Shown: positions 1-9,316 of the stretch, piece after piece | How positions within the stretch are numbered: the first letter of the stretch is position 1 | How the letters are laid out: every line of letters starts with the position of its first letter | Sequence record: LC727697.1 | From: Pseudomonas phage sp. 30-2 | DNA length: 64,000 bases | Reading direction: 5' to 3' (one strand) | Program-made: the position numbers and the translations under genes | The notes under the pieces: generated by a model | Seen by the model: the letters and a program-made list of their open reading frames with translations, nothing else | Told to the model about the DNA's origin: nothing | The model's database searches: none

Positions 1-2133
1 ACCTTGTGCTGTTGTGCTTCCAACTGGCAGTCTAGCATTCGCAATAACACCAGACGTAATATTAGATGCATCATGTGTATGTGATGCAGCAGCATACCAT
101 GTATCAGTTAATGTTCTATTAACCGACAACGTAATATTACTAGATAAATTTCCTCCGCCAGATAGACCAGTTCCTGCAGATACTGTTCTACTAACAGGTA
201 CAGCATTAGTAATATTAGATACATCCAATATGCCGTTTGTCCATTTATTTGTAGACGCATTCCATATTAAAGTATTCCCAGCAGCAGGCGTTGTAACAGC
301 AGCATCTTCTAGATTAGATAGTGTTGCTGAACCAGCAGAAGCTACAGTAGATTTACCAGATATAACTGATATATCTATCGTAGTAGCATATGTTACTTGA
401 GTTCCAGCGGCGTTCCATCTAAGATATCCTAATGGCACAGATGTGCTTGCAGTATCACTTAACCCAACTAGTTGATAATTAGCAGAAGTTGGTTGACCTG
501 TTAAATCGGAATAAGCAAGTCTAGTGTTTACCCATTTAGATGAAGTAGTATCGTATCGCAATGTATTACTAGCGCCAGGTGACGATATAGTTACATCACT
601 AAGAAAACTTAGAGCCCCTTGTCCTGCTTTAGCAACAGAAGATAACCCAGTTAACTGTGCATAATCTATAGTGGATTGATATACTATCTGTGTTCCGGTG
701 GGATTCCATCGTAAATAACCACCCGAAAGTGCAGTATCATTAGTATCATTTAACCCAATAAAACTATACGAATTGTTAGTAGGGGTATTAGAAAGATCAG
801 TATATGATAATACTTGGTTTACCCAATCAGTTCCGTTATATCTTAGTACATTACCGGAGCTAGCAGTTCCTATACTAACATCTGTTAAATAATCTAACGA
901 TCCTTGTCCTGCTTTAGCTACATCAGACAATCCAGTTAACTGTGCATAATCTATAGTGGTTTCATATACTAACTGTGTTCCTGCTGCATTCCATCTTACA
1001 TATCCGTTATTAACAACTGTATTATTTGTATCATTTAATCCAATAAAACTATACGAATTGTTAGTAGGAGTATTTTGAATGTCGGAGTAATTAATTAGTC
1101 TATTAACCCAAGAGGTTCCATTATAAAATAATGCCTGTGTATTAGATAATGATGATAACGTTACATCACTAAGAAAACTTAGAGCCCCTTGTCCTGCTTT
1201 AGCTACATCAGACAATCCAGTTAACTGTGCATAATCTATAGTGGTTTCATATACTAACTGTGTTCCTGCTGCATTCCATCTTACATATCCTCTCGGGACA
1301 GATACACCAGTTACATCCGTTAATCGTATAAACGAATATGGTAAATTTCTCCATTGCGATGTAGAAGAATCGTACTGTAGTATATTTTTATTAGCCGGAG
1401 AAGAAATTGTTACATCAGTAAGTCTATCTAAATAAATATCACCGTCGAGTGCAGCAGTTATGCTATCATTTACATATTTTTTTGTAGAAGCATCGTTGTC
1501 AGCAACTGGTTGCCCTAAGTTAATTATTCTAGGATTTTGTGGTAATTTTTCAGAAAGAATAGGGTTATAATTAAGATCCCAAGATTTTTGCACTTCATTC
1601 CAAACTAATCCAGCAGAAGGCAATTTACCTTGGCCGGGTTCACCGTGACTATTAGTTTCGCCTACGGGAATTCCACGCTGGACTTCAAAGCCAGAATATG
1701 TTGCAGTGACACCCGGACCTACGTCATCTGTATTCACAACCATGATGTTGTCGGAAATAGTTACTTGTCCAGGTGTAGTCCCTGAGCTGCTACCTACTAC
1801 AGTTAAGTTGCCATGTAATGTAACATTCCCGTGAATGAGCATTGCATCTAGAGAATCTCTGTTTACTGTAACTAAACCGTTTACTACCATGTCGTTGTTA
1901 AAGGTAGATGTTTGTCCTACTAGCAATTCATATCCAACTTCTAATGATCCATCAAATTTAGACTGATCACCTGTTACTCTAAGCCCACCTATTGTAGACC
2001 ATTCAGTTGCATACATAGGATGAGTAACAACTAATTGCTGATCATCATTTACTTGCAAATATACTATATTATTAGAAGTTTGCCCAACACTAGATAGGAT
2101 ATATTGATCCGTGAATTTAATTTTACTCGACAT
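1..2133 (-). CDS. Long tail-fibre protein, truncated by the left window edge (at least 711 aa in window), built from repeated ~93-aa modules
   Basis: Minus-strand ATG at 2133 with SD (AAGGAATAAGGTG) upstream. The frame stays open to position 1, which is why it is absent from the ORF track (no stop in window). The translation shows 'GYVRWNAAGTQLVYETTIDYAQLTGLSDVAKAGQG..LSFLSDVT' three times, plus 'WYAAASHTHDASNITSGVIANARLP', a motif common in phage fibres. Confidence 0.75.
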   Translation of the reverse strand, partial: MSSKIKFTDQYILSSVGQTSNNIVYLQVNDDQQLVVTHPMYATEWSTIGGLRVTGDQSKFDGSLEVGYELLVGQTSTFNNDMVVNGLVTVNRDSLDAMLIHGNVTLHGNLTVVGSSSGTTPGQVTISDNIMVVNTDDVGPGVTATYSGFEVQRGIPVGETNSHGEPGQGKLPSAGLVWNEVQKSWDLNYNPILSEKLPQNPRIINLGQPVADNDASTKKYVNDSITAALDGDIYLDRLTDVTISSPANKNILQYDSSTSQWRNLPYSFIRLTDVTGVSVPRGYVRWNAAGTQLVYETTIDYAQLTGLSDVAKAGQGALSFLSDVTLSSLSNTQALFYNGTSWVNRLINYSDIQNTPTNNSYSFIGLNDTNNTVVNNGYVRWNAAGTQLVYETTIDYAQLTGLSDVAKAGQGSLDYLTDVSIGTASSGNVLRYNGTDWVNQVLSYTDLSNTPTNNSYSFIGLNDTNDTALSGGYLRWNPTGTQIVYQSTIDYAQLTGLSSVAKAGQGALSFLSDVTISSPGASNTLRYDTTSSKWVNTRLAYSDLTGQPTSANYQLVGLSDTASTSVPLGYLRWNAAGTQVTYATTIDISVISGKSTVASAGSATLSNLEDAAVTTPAAGNTLIWNASTNKWTNGILDVSNITNAVPVSRTVSAGTGLSGGGNLSSNITLSVNRTLTDTWYAAASHTHDASNITSGVIANARLPVGSTTAQG

Positions 2134-2157
2134 ACACCTTATTCCTTAAGATGCATA

Positions 2158-2165
2158 TATTTATC
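2158..2165 (-). promoter_or_regulatory. T4-type late-promoter-like box (GATAAATA on minus strand), 25 nt upstream of the fibre ATG
   Basis: Plus-strand 'tatttatc'. The same box recurs upstream of other structural genes in the window. Confidence 0.4.
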
Positions 2166-2169
2166 AATA

Positions 2170-2196
2170 AAAAAGGAGCATAATGCTCCTTTTTTA
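2170..2196. terminator. Rho-independent terminator hairpin aaaaGGAGCATaATGCTCCttttt. It terminates the minus-strand 101-aa gene
   Basis: Palindrome GGAGCAT/ATGCTCC flanked by A and T runs. An identical palindrome occurs at 26160-26180. Confidence 0.6.
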
Positions 2197-2499
2197 TTTT
2201 ATATACTTACCTAAATATGAATCATAATTATATAATATAGATTCGGGACTATCGTCTATCCAAATATCTATATCTATGCCAAGATTTTCCATATACGTTC
2301 TTTTAGCATGTTGACTTGTAAAGTATACCTTATATCCTTTATCTATTAAAAATTGAAGATCTTCTGGATAGCAGGTAGGATTACGGTAAGTAACAATAAC
2401 AACCCTGTATCCAATATGCTCAAGTGCAAGTAATACAGATAACCATCCGTTATCATCTTGTGATATAGTGTCATCATAATCCACGCCTATTGTTTTCAT
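2194..2499 (-). CDS. Hypothetical protein, 101 aa (N-terminal MKTIGVDYDDTI faintly resembles HAD motif I)
   Basis: ORF with terminator immediately downstream. Motif resemblance is weak. Confidence 0.45.
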   Translation of the reverse strand: MKTIGVDYDDTISQDDNGWLSVLLALEHIGYRVVIVTYRNPTCYPEDLQFLIDKGYKVYFTSQHAKRTYMENLGIDIDIWIDDSPESILYNYDSYLGKYIK

Positions 2500-2509
2500 A
2501 TATACACCG

Positions 2510-3208
2510 TTAAGATAATTCTATATAATATACAAAGTTATCTTTGTTTTTATCTCTCATTGTATTCATATAAAATGAATACCTATGATTACCATCAATC
2601 AATTTATTTCCCTTTAGCACACCCATTATCATATCATCATATACATCTAAATGATAGGTATGCTGAGGTTCCATACTTTTATATGCAATAGTAGGAACTA
2701 TATCGTTTATACATACTTTTTTAATAGCCAAGTTTTTACACTCAGAAATTATAGGAGCAATATACCCGTATTCTAACATTAAAACATAATGTAGTTTTTC
2801 TATATCGGTTTTTAATGAAATCATCGTTAAAATATCATCCATTGCATTTTGTTCATTTTCATGGATTATGTCACCTATTTCATCACCGTAATAACCACGT
2901 TCGACAGTTACATAATATAGTGAACCGTCTAAAATTTTATGTTTTGTTATGATTCTTTCTACACAATATTGCTCTATTTGACTATACATATATCTAACAC
3001 ATCTAGGTGTTCCGTTTAAATCGGGTTTATTTACTAACACCTCGACCATATCATACACTTTATAGTTATTGATAGATACTACTACAGGGGATGTTATTAC
3101 AGAACATCTGCATATGCCGCTTTCTATACAATCGTTATTACAATTATGTTGCAGTTCGTAATCTAAATTTGCATAGTATCTGCCATAAAATGTAATGAAT
3201 GTATCCAT
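2510..3208 (-). CDS. Hypothetical Cys-motif protein, 232 aa, paralog of the next gene
   Basis: Shares C..GICRC and YYG[DE]E.GD..H motifs with the 154-aa neighbour. Confidence 0.5.
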   Translation of the reverse strand: MDTFITFYGRYYANLDYELQHNCNNDCIESGICRCSVITSPVVVSINNYKVYDMVEVLVNKPDLNGTPRCVRYMYSQIEQYCVERIITKHKILDGSLYYVTVERGYYGDEIGDIIHENEQNAMDDILTMISLKTDIEKLHYVLMLEYGYIAPIISECKNLAIKKVCINDIVPTIAYKSMEPQHTYHLDVYDDMIMGVLKGNKLIDGNHRYSFYMNTMRDKNKDNFVYYIELS

Positions 3209-3209
3209 A

Positions 3210-3674
3210 TTATTCCCAAGTTTTAGATAATAAATACACCAATCTGTCTTCTTCGTCAGGTCTGTTTAAAATGTCAATCATGGCAGATTTTAACAAGCCC
3301 TGTTTATCGTGTACTAGATCTCCGCCTTCTTCACCATAGTACCCCGATTCGATATCAAAATAAAAAGAATCTAGTGTATAACCGATAAAATGCATTATTT
3401 TTGCAAAATATTTTCTATCAGATTCAGTGATTTCATAGTAACTATGTTTGTAATCATCATATTTTCCATTATATCCTACTCGTCTCCATACAGACATTTT
3501 AGTTGGAAAAATATATTCGGGATTATCTGGTATACCATTTAGATCTGTATCTTCAAAATGTCCACAACGACATATACCTTCGTCATAACATCCACTATTT
3601 TCGCAATTATTTATGTATTTTATGTCCGAATCGTATCCTACAAACTCAAAACGTATATCAACTATGTCTGACAC
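3210..3674 (-). CDS. Hypothetical Cys-motif protein, 154 aa, paralog of the previous gene
   Basis: NSGCYDEGICRCGHF and ESGYYGEEGGDLVHD motifs match CIESGICRC and YYGDEIGDIIHE in the 232-aa ORF. Confidence 0.5.
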   Translation of the reverse strand: MSDIVDIRFEFVGYDSDIKYINNCENSGCYDEGICRCGHFEDTDLNGIPDNPEYIFPTKMSVWRRVGYNGKYDDYKHSYYEITESDRKYFAKIMHFIGYTLDSFYFDIESGYYGEEGGDLVHDKQGLLKSAMIDILNRPDEEDRLVYLLSKTWE

Positions 3675-3725
3675 TAAAAACCCCTTTTATTTTTAAAGTA
3701 TAACACAACTCTGTATTTTAAAAAC

Positions 3726-5303
3726 TTATATTTTGTTTTCCCACACCCATTTGGTATTACCACAATCATATAGTCGTCTAAATCCACGCTCTTCCATTAT
3801 CTGGTGTTCTGACTTATTTGAATTAAAACCATGTTCTATTAATTTCTTTTTAGTATAATTAGTCCTATGATATACTTTACAAAAATCCGGACTTACATAC
3901 CAATATCCTATGTTTATTTTAGGTTCTTGTTTGAATCCTAATATACGGTAAACATTGCCTGTATTCCATTCATTTTGTGAATATGAAACTATAGAATTAG
4001 GAATATTATTCTTTACAAAATGAGAAAACAATTTAGATGCACCGCCTAGTACTGAACAAGATGTTGCATATCTAAGCAATTCGTAGTCGTATCTGTTATT
4101 TCCCGAAATGTTTCTGTTAGATGATTTTATAAAACTCATTAATGCAACTAATACATCATTAAAATACAATCCGTATTTTATAGATGACGGAACATAACCT
4201 TGTATATGCGTTTTATTCAAAAATTCTTTTTCTTCTGCAGAAGGCACATCTTTAATAATACATTTTCTAGCATATACTGTTTCTTGTATATAGCCTAATT
4301 TATGGAGTAATCTGTTTTCTATTATAGTTTTTTTAGAGTTATACAAATGTCCATATATAGTAATTAACGATATTCCCTTTTCTTTACAACCTATATATTT
4401 GTCATAATGATACGTTTTGGTTATGTGCGGTAAACGATCGTTATCTATTACATGCCAATAAAGTCCATTATATTCTATTGCAAGATTTTTTTCAGGAAGG
4501 TATATATCTAAACTTTTTCCAGAATCTAATATTTTTCTAGATCCAGTTATTATTTCGCCAGAATAATGTTGTCTTATAAAATTAAATAATTCTTGTTCTT
4601 GTGTTGAATTGCATACTGTCAATTCTGGCATACATATTGCACACGTCGGTATACTACTATATCTAACCTTAGACATAAAAGTGTTATTACAAGTTCCACA
4701 TTTTATACAATATGTTTCTGCCATACCTTTATATTCATGTTCTTGTATAGTAAAAGATAAGTTATTTTCTTTTAGTTTTTCCGATATTTTAGAATACCAT
4801 TTATTACCATTAAAATTTTTGTTACCGTATTTTATTGACTTAGTGTGCTTTATCTTAGACGTTACTTTGTCTACATTTTGTTTATTTTCGTAAAATTTTG
4901 CATGATTTTGTAGAGCAATAGCAGATTGCCCGGTATTTGATACTCCGTATTTTTTTAGATTAGTTTTCTCACGCTTTTTCTTTGATATTTCTTTATTTTC
5001 TATCTTTTTTGATTGCACTAAGTTATTAGATACACTTTCTTTACAACACTTGCACGAGGATGCAGTACCACAAAATCTAAACCCATCGTTTATTGAATTA
5101 AATTTTTTTGTGTTTCCGTATTTGCATTCTTCTTTTTCGCCAGTTATAGCAGTATACACTTTAGCAGCATACACAGTATTAGAGGGATTAGTGCAGTGTT
5201 GTTCTACAAATTCTGCTAATTTTAAATCTTTTTTAATCAAAACACTGAAATGCTTTGGTTTACTTTTTATCAATTCTTTTATTTGTATTATTAAGTCTGA
5301 CAT
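3726..5303 (-). CDS. Putative free-standing (homing-type) endonuclease: Cys-rich Zn-finger region plus a DUF559/Vsr-like PD-(D/E)XK core
   Basis: Segment 'LDIYLPEKNLAIEYNGLYWH' fits the DUF559 pattern (aDFy.pe..LaIEvDG..H). Multiple CxxC/CKCC clusters. It has its own sigma70-like promoter and sits downstream of the MCP gene, where T4 carries segD. Confidence 0.5.
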   Translation of the reverse strand: MSDLIIQIKELIKSKPKHFSVLIKKDLKLAEFVEQHCTNPSNTVYAAKVYTAITGEKEECKYGNTKKFNSINDGFRFCGTASSCKCCKESVSNNLVQSKKIENKEISKKKREKTNLKKYGVSNTGQSAIALQNHAKFYENKQNVDKVTSKIKHTKSIKYGNKNFNGNKWYSKISEKLKENNLSFTIQEHEYKGMAETYCIKCGTCNNTFMSKVRYSSIPTCAICMPELTVCNSTQEQELFNFIRQHYSGEIITGSRKILDSGKSLDIYLPEKNLAIEYNGLYWHVIDNDRLPHITKTYHYDKYIGCKEKGISLITIYGHLYNSKKTIIENRLLHKLGYIQETVYARKCIIKDVPSAEEKEFLNKTHIQGYVPSSIKYGLYFNDVLVALMSFIKSSNRNISGNNRYDYELLRYATSCSVLGGASKLFSHFVKNNIPNSIVSYSQNEWNTGNVYRILGFKQEPKINIGYWYVSPDFCKVYHRTNYTKKKLIEHGFNSNKSEHQIMEERGFRRLYDCGNTKWVWENKI

Positions 5304-5323
5304 ATATAAAATAGTTTTTTATA

Positions 5324-5352
5324 ATACTAACAAATTATTTTTTTCTAGTCAA
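5324..5352 (-). promoter_or_regulatory. Sigma70-like promoter for the endonuclease gene (TTGACT-N17-TAGTAT on minus strand)
   Basis: Reverse complement of 5324-5352 reads TTGACTagaaaaaaataatttgtTAGTAT. Confidence 0.35.
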
Positions 5353-5388
5353 TAAAAAAGTGTAGTATTTCTACTACACTTTTTTTGG
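5353..5388. terminator. Rho-independent terminator after the capsid gene (aaaaaaGTGTAGTAtttcTACTACACttttttt)
   Basis: 8-bp perfect stem with A and T runs, between the gp23 stop and the endonuclease start. Confidence 0.65.
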
Positions 5389-5421
5389 TATTCTTCGAAT
5401 AACAAGTTATACTTGTTATTA

Positions 5422-6609
5422 TTAGAAGAATTTAAGAGTGGATGCATCTATAGCAATCGAACTTAGATAGTCAGCACCGTTACCCAGCGAGTTAGCAGTA
5501 TTGGTGAGTTCTAAGTAACCGTATCTGGACATAAATGATACTACAGGCTCGAAAGTAGTAGGATCAATTACCGGACCAGTGCTCATTAACGGAATATACG
5601 GGCAGAAGAATGCAGCAGCATCAGTTTCGGTCGAACCTTTATAACCGATTAAAACTTTTTCATCTTCGGCAGCATAAGTATCTACATAAATGCGCATAGT
5701 TCCGTTTAAGGTACCTGCAAATTTAACGTTAGTAGGCGCTTCAAATACACCTTCAGTAGTACGAGCAAAAGTCGAAGTAGTTGCAGACTGTAGAACAGTT
5801 AGTGCGTTAGGCGAAATAACAGCCCAGTTAGCAGCGCCGCGACGAGTACGAGCAGCAACTAAGTTAGCCTGTTGGTTGATCATTACAGCTAATGCAGCAT
5901 GTTCATCACCAACATAAGTAGCAGTACCAGATACAGCAGCTTGGTTATAAGTTACAGGAGCCGGACCAGCTAAAATACGTAGACGATTTAGCATTTCTTG
6001 GTCGATTTCGACGGTAATTTCTTGAGCTAAAGCTTGCATGATTTCAGCTTCTATATCTATACCGTGAAGAGCGTTAGCATCCTGTGCAGATTCGAAGGTC
6101 CAGCGAGCGCTTAGACGACGAGTACGTGCTTCTACGGTTTCTTTTAGAATTTGAATGTTCATGCGATTACCAGCAAAACCTTCCATACGAGAAGTGTTGG
6201 CAGCGCCTGGAACTGGGTTAGTGCTGTTGTTTAAAGCTTCGTTACCAGAATATGCTTTTGCAATATCGAACGGGCTTAGTGCTTCAGTGCCAGCTTGAAC
6301 ACCAGATGCAGTATCAGCATAACGAACACGTAGGGTATGTATCTGACCTACGGGACCAGTCATAGGCTGTACACCCATAATTTCGTTAGCAATAACGGAA
6401 GGCATAACACGACGGATTAGGGGTAGCATTACTTTGTTGATAGTAGCTATGTTACCGGCTTGAGTAGCACCGGCGGAAGCATTTTCAACTAAGAAACGCT
6501 TAGTGTTTTCCATTACTGCGTCCATGGTCGACTTACGTTGACCTTTTAGACCTTCAGTGAGGGCGCTTTTAGTAGCAGCCCAGTTGCTTTCAAATAGACG
6601 ATTAGACAT
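5422..6609 (-). CDS. 23: Major capsid protein, T4 gp23 family (compact 395-aa form)
   Basis: 'IANEIMGVQPMTGPVGQIHTLRVRY' against T4 'IAFDICGVQPMNSPTGQVFALRAVY', and 'RIYVDTYAAEDEKVLIGYKG' against T4 'RVYIDQYAKQDYFTVGYKG'. Synteny after the scaffold gene. Confidence 0.9.
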   Translation of the reverse strand: MSNRLFESNWAATKSALTEGLKGQRKSTMDAVMENTKRFLVENASAGATQAGNIATINKVMLPLIRRVMPSVIANEIMGVQPMTGPVGQIHTLRVRYADTASGVQAGTEALSPFDIAKAYSGNEALNNSTNPVPGAANTSRMEGFAGNRMNIQILKETVEARTRRLSARWTFESAQDANALHGIDIEAEIMQALAQEITVEIDQEMLNRLRILAGPAPVTYNQAAVSGTATYVGDEHAALAVMINQQANLVAARTRRGAANWAVISPNALTVLQSATTSTFARTTEGVFEAPTNVKFAGTLNGTMRIYVDTYAAEDEKVLIGYKGSTETDAAAFFCPYIPLMSTGPVIDPTTFEPVVSFMSRYGYLELTNTANSLGNGADYLSSIAIDASTLKFF

Positions 6610-6628
6610 TTTTAAGTTATTCTCCTAA

Positions 6629-7735
6629 TTACTTAATGCCTGCCAGGCGTCTTAATTCTTCAACGCCTACAGATGAGTCATCTTGCTGGGCAACGCTAGA
6701 CGCCCTGTTACCAGTTTTTACAGCTCTTGCTGACTCAGTTAGAGCTTCTTTTTTACTTGCCGGTGCTGCACTACAATCTAGCACTGCTGGCAAATATTTG
6801 TTATATGCAACTTTTAAATGTTCTGTTTTTACAGACTCTAAAAGATCTTGCATTACGCTACGCTTTTCTTTATTTAGCGGAGCTAACAATTCAGACATTA
6901 CAGAGCTACGTTTAACACGCTCTTCTAATACAGAAATGCGAGTGCGTAGATTTTCTGCAAGTGCTTCACGTTCTTCTACATGAGATAAAGCTTCATTAAG
7001 GGCTTCTTCTTTTTGTATAAGAATATTTTTGAGTTTCTTAAGTTCACTACCTTCGTTTAGATGCGAAGTCATGTACTCTGCAGCAAAAGCTTCAAATAAA
7101 CGACGTCCAAAGTCATTTCGACGAGCAGCATCAATATCTTCTTTATATTGCTTTATTTCTTCTTGCAATACGCTATTAATGTTTGTGTCTACTATTTGCG
7201 ACGCTTTCTTTATGAACTGCTTTTTAGTTTCTGCTAATTGTTTTTTTGCTTCACTTATTAATTTAACTTTCTGACGAACTAATGCTTGCTTTTCTTCCCG
7301 AAGCTCTTTAACTTCGGTTGCAAGATTAGTGAGTGCAAACTCTTCTAGTTTCTCTAGATTGCCTTTAATTGCACGGCGATCTTCACGAAGTTCTTTGACT
7401 TCTTTAGAAACTGCATCTATTAAGAACTTATCGAGCATTTCGATATGTTCTTTTACTTGCATTTTAGCTTGAACTCGTTCGGCAGCTAGTTCTCGTTTGT
7501 CTTGAGCAAATTCTTCGATTTCACTGCGGATTTTTTCTTCTAAGAATTTGTCCATTGCTTCGACAAGTTGTTCTTTGTCGTGTGCAAACTTACGAGCAAA
7601 TTCTTCACGAAGCTCAGCAGTGAGTTCTTCTTTTACTTGTCCTATACGAGCTTCCCATGCTTCTGTAATAGCAGATTTTACTTCTGCACTTAAAGAAGTT
7701 TGTTCGTTTAGGATATGTTCGAACTTCACTGTCAT
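6629..7735 (-). CDS. 22: Prohead scaffolding protein (gp22-like), 368 aa, charged coiled coil
   Basis: Highly charged E/K/R heptad-rich sequence, positioned between the protease and the MCP. Confidence 0.7.
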   Translation of the reverse strand: MTVKFEHILNEQTSLSAEVKSAITEAWEARIGQVKEELTAELREEFARKFAHDKEQLVEAMDKFLEEKIRSEIEEFAQDKRELAAERVQAKMQVKEHIEMLDKFLIDAVSKEVKELREDRRAIKGNLEKLEEFALTNLATEVKELREEKQALVRQKVKLISEAKKQLAETKKQFIKKASQIVDTNINSVLQEEIKQYKEDIDAARRNDFGRRLFEAFAAEYMTSHLNEGSELKKLKNILIQKEEALNEALSHVEEREALAENLRTRISVLEERVKRSSVMSELLAPLNKEKRSVMQDLLESVKTEHLKVAYNKYLPAVLDCSAAPASKKEALTESARAVKTGNRASSVAQQDDSSVGVEELRRLAGIK

Positions 7736-7747
7736 TTAAATCTCCTA

Positions 7748-8380
7748 CTATTTTTTCAATTCGGATATAAGTTTTATTATTTCCCTACTGAGATATTTAT
7801 CTGCACTAGGATCCTGTGGTGTGTTACGGGCTAAATCCATAATGATTTCGCCGCCTTTCATGTTGTATAAACTTTCATATATAGGTTTAGGATATGCATT
7901 AGGCGCGCTCGGTTGTGCAACAATGTCAACTGTTACAATATCAAAGTCGCTCACTACACCGTCATAACCTACATTACCTGAGCCGCGAGAACTTACGCCC
8001 AATTTGGCTCCGGCAGTTAATAAGCTTTTAGCAATAATTCCAGTAGGAGTATCTAATAATTTTAATTTGCCGTAGCCGCAGTTGCCTTCCATCCACATTT
8101 CTGTGATTATATGAGACACTCTGTCTAAATTAATAGTTAATTCTTCTGGATGATCGAGTTCTCCTAAAACAGAAAACCCTTCCTGTATTTTTGCTTTTAC
8201 TGATTCAACTGCATGAGATATTTCATGTAGGGGATAGATGCGCTGATTATGATTTTTTACATCACCTTGAATAAATATTCCGCGCATGAATAGATCACGG
8301 GCACCGTCAGGTCCGGTGCCGTGTTCTATTATTATCGATCCCTTAGATTGGGACATATATTCGTAAAGCTGTCTAGCCAT
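7748..8380 (-). CDS. 21: Prohead core protease (T4 gp21 family)
   Basis: 'GIFIQGDVKNHNQRIYP' against T4 'GIFLQAEVVNRNKRLYP'; 'GVSSRGSG' against 'GVSSRGLG'. Confidence 0.85.
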   Translation of the reverse strand: MARQLYEYMSQSKGSIIIEHGTGPDGARDLFMRGIFIQGDVKNHNQRIYPLHEISHAVESVKAKIQEGFSVLGELDHPEELTINLDRVSHIITEMWMEGNCGYGKLKLLDTPTGIIAKSLLTAGAKLGVSSRGSGNVGYDGVVSDFDIVTVDIVAQPSAPNAYPKPIYESLYNMKGGEIIMDLARNTPQDPSADKYLSREIIKLISELKK

Positions 8381-8398
8381 ACTTATACTTATCCTAAA

Positions 8399-9211
8399 TT
8401 ACTTCTTAGGTGCTTTAGATAGGGGTGATTCTTTATCTACAGAACCAGTTTTACTTTTATTACCTGTTCCTGCTAATTTGCCTTCTTGTTTCATTGCAGG
8501 ATCGCTAACTTTTTCAGGAGTAGCTTCTGTATTCAAATCACACGATTCGTCTGCTTTTTTTGAAGCTTCGGCGCCTTGATTAGTAGATTTAGCAAATTTA
8601 ACAGGATCTACTCCGTAATTTTTCTTTTGAGTAGGTTTGCTAAAAGGTGATTCTTTATCTACAGAACCAGTTTTACTTTTATTACCTGTTCCTGCTAATT
8701 TACCTTCTTGTTTCATATCTACGTTTACAGAATCACTAAACTTAGTTGCTTCTTCTAAACTTTCAAATTTTTCTAGGGCATCAGCGGCAGCATCATCTAA
8801 ATCTTGTTCTAAATTAGGATGATACGGTTCATCTTCTTCTTGACTTACTAGAGTTTCAAATTCTGCTTTTAATGCAGCTAACTGAGCTTCTAGATCTTCT
8901 ACTTTATCTTCTATATCTTGATCAACATCAGCTTCTTCTTCATCTTCAGAATTTAATTCGCTAGACTGATCATCAAACATTTCATCTGCATCGATTTCTT
9001 CTTCGTCAGATTTAATGTCGTCGATAAACGATTCGCGGCTGTCGCCACCTACTTCTTCATTTACAAAATCTTCTTCAAAATCTGCAGATTCTTGTTCGTA
9101 AATATCACGAGCTTTAGCTACAACAATTTGATGTAATAATGCCGAAGCTTGTTCTGCATTTTCATTTAGTAGAAGATCTAGAACTTTTTCTAGTTCCTTA
9201 CGATGAGACAT
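8399..9211 (-). CDS. Acidic prohead core protein (gp68-like position), with a C-terminal tandem duplication
   Basis: Very acidic coiled-coil protein between the gp67-like gene and gp21. The last ~30 aa, 'MKQEGKLAGTGNKSKTGSVDKESP', appear twice. Confidence 0.55.
   Translation of the reverse strand: MSHRKELEKVLDLLLNENAEQASALLHQIVVAKARDIYEQESADFEEDFVNEEVGGDSRESFIDDIKSDEEEIDADEMFDDQSSELNSEDEEEADVDQDIEDKVEDLEAQLAALKAEFETLVSQEEDEPYHPNLEQDLDDAAADALEKFESLEEATKFSDSVNVDMKQEGKLAGTGNKSKTGSVDKESPFSKPTQKKNYGVDPVKFAKSTNQGAEASKKADESCDLNTEATPEKVSDPAMKQEGKLAGTGNKSKTGSVDKESPLSKAPKK
8425..8719. repeat. 75-bp direct repeat (8425-8499 and 8645-8719) inside the gp68-like gene
   Basis: ggtgattctttatctacagaaccagttttacttttattacctgttcctgctaattt[g/a]ccttcttgtttcat occurs twice, nearly identical. 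Confidence 0.7.
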
Positions 9212-9242
9212 GTTTTTACTCCTTTAGGAAAACGTTGTATAT

Positions 9243-9250
9243 TATTTATA
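9243..9250 (-). promoter_or_regulatory. Exact T4 late-promoter box TATAAATA (minus strand), ~32 nt upstream of the gp68-like ATG
   Basis: Plus strand 'tatttata'. Preceded on the minus strand by a terminator hairpin. Confidence 0.5.
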
Positions 9251-9269
9251 TCGGTATTTACACTTAATA

Positions 9270-9298
9270 TTAAAAAAGGGGCATTTATGCCCCAAAAA
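9270..9298 (-). terminator. Intra-operon terminator or attenuator hairpin GGGGCAtttaTGCCCC followed by a T run (minus strand)
   Basis: Perfect 6-bp GC stem and T run, between the gp67-like and gp68-like genes. Confidence 0.5.
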
Positions 9299-9316
9299 CT
9301 AACATTTTTAGAAATT

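Noticed and set aside
14-1435. Plus-strand ORFs 14..400 and 1241..1435 from the ORF track
   Set aside because: They lie antisense to the continuous, repeat-structured minus-strand tail-fibre frame, which has a proper SD and ATG at 2133. They are most likely antisense artefacts.
2194-2499. Calling the 101-aa protein a HAD phosphatase
   Set aside because: Only the first motif (VDYDDTI) is suggestive, the protein is too short for a full HAD fold, and the remaining motifs are not evident. Kept as hypothetical.
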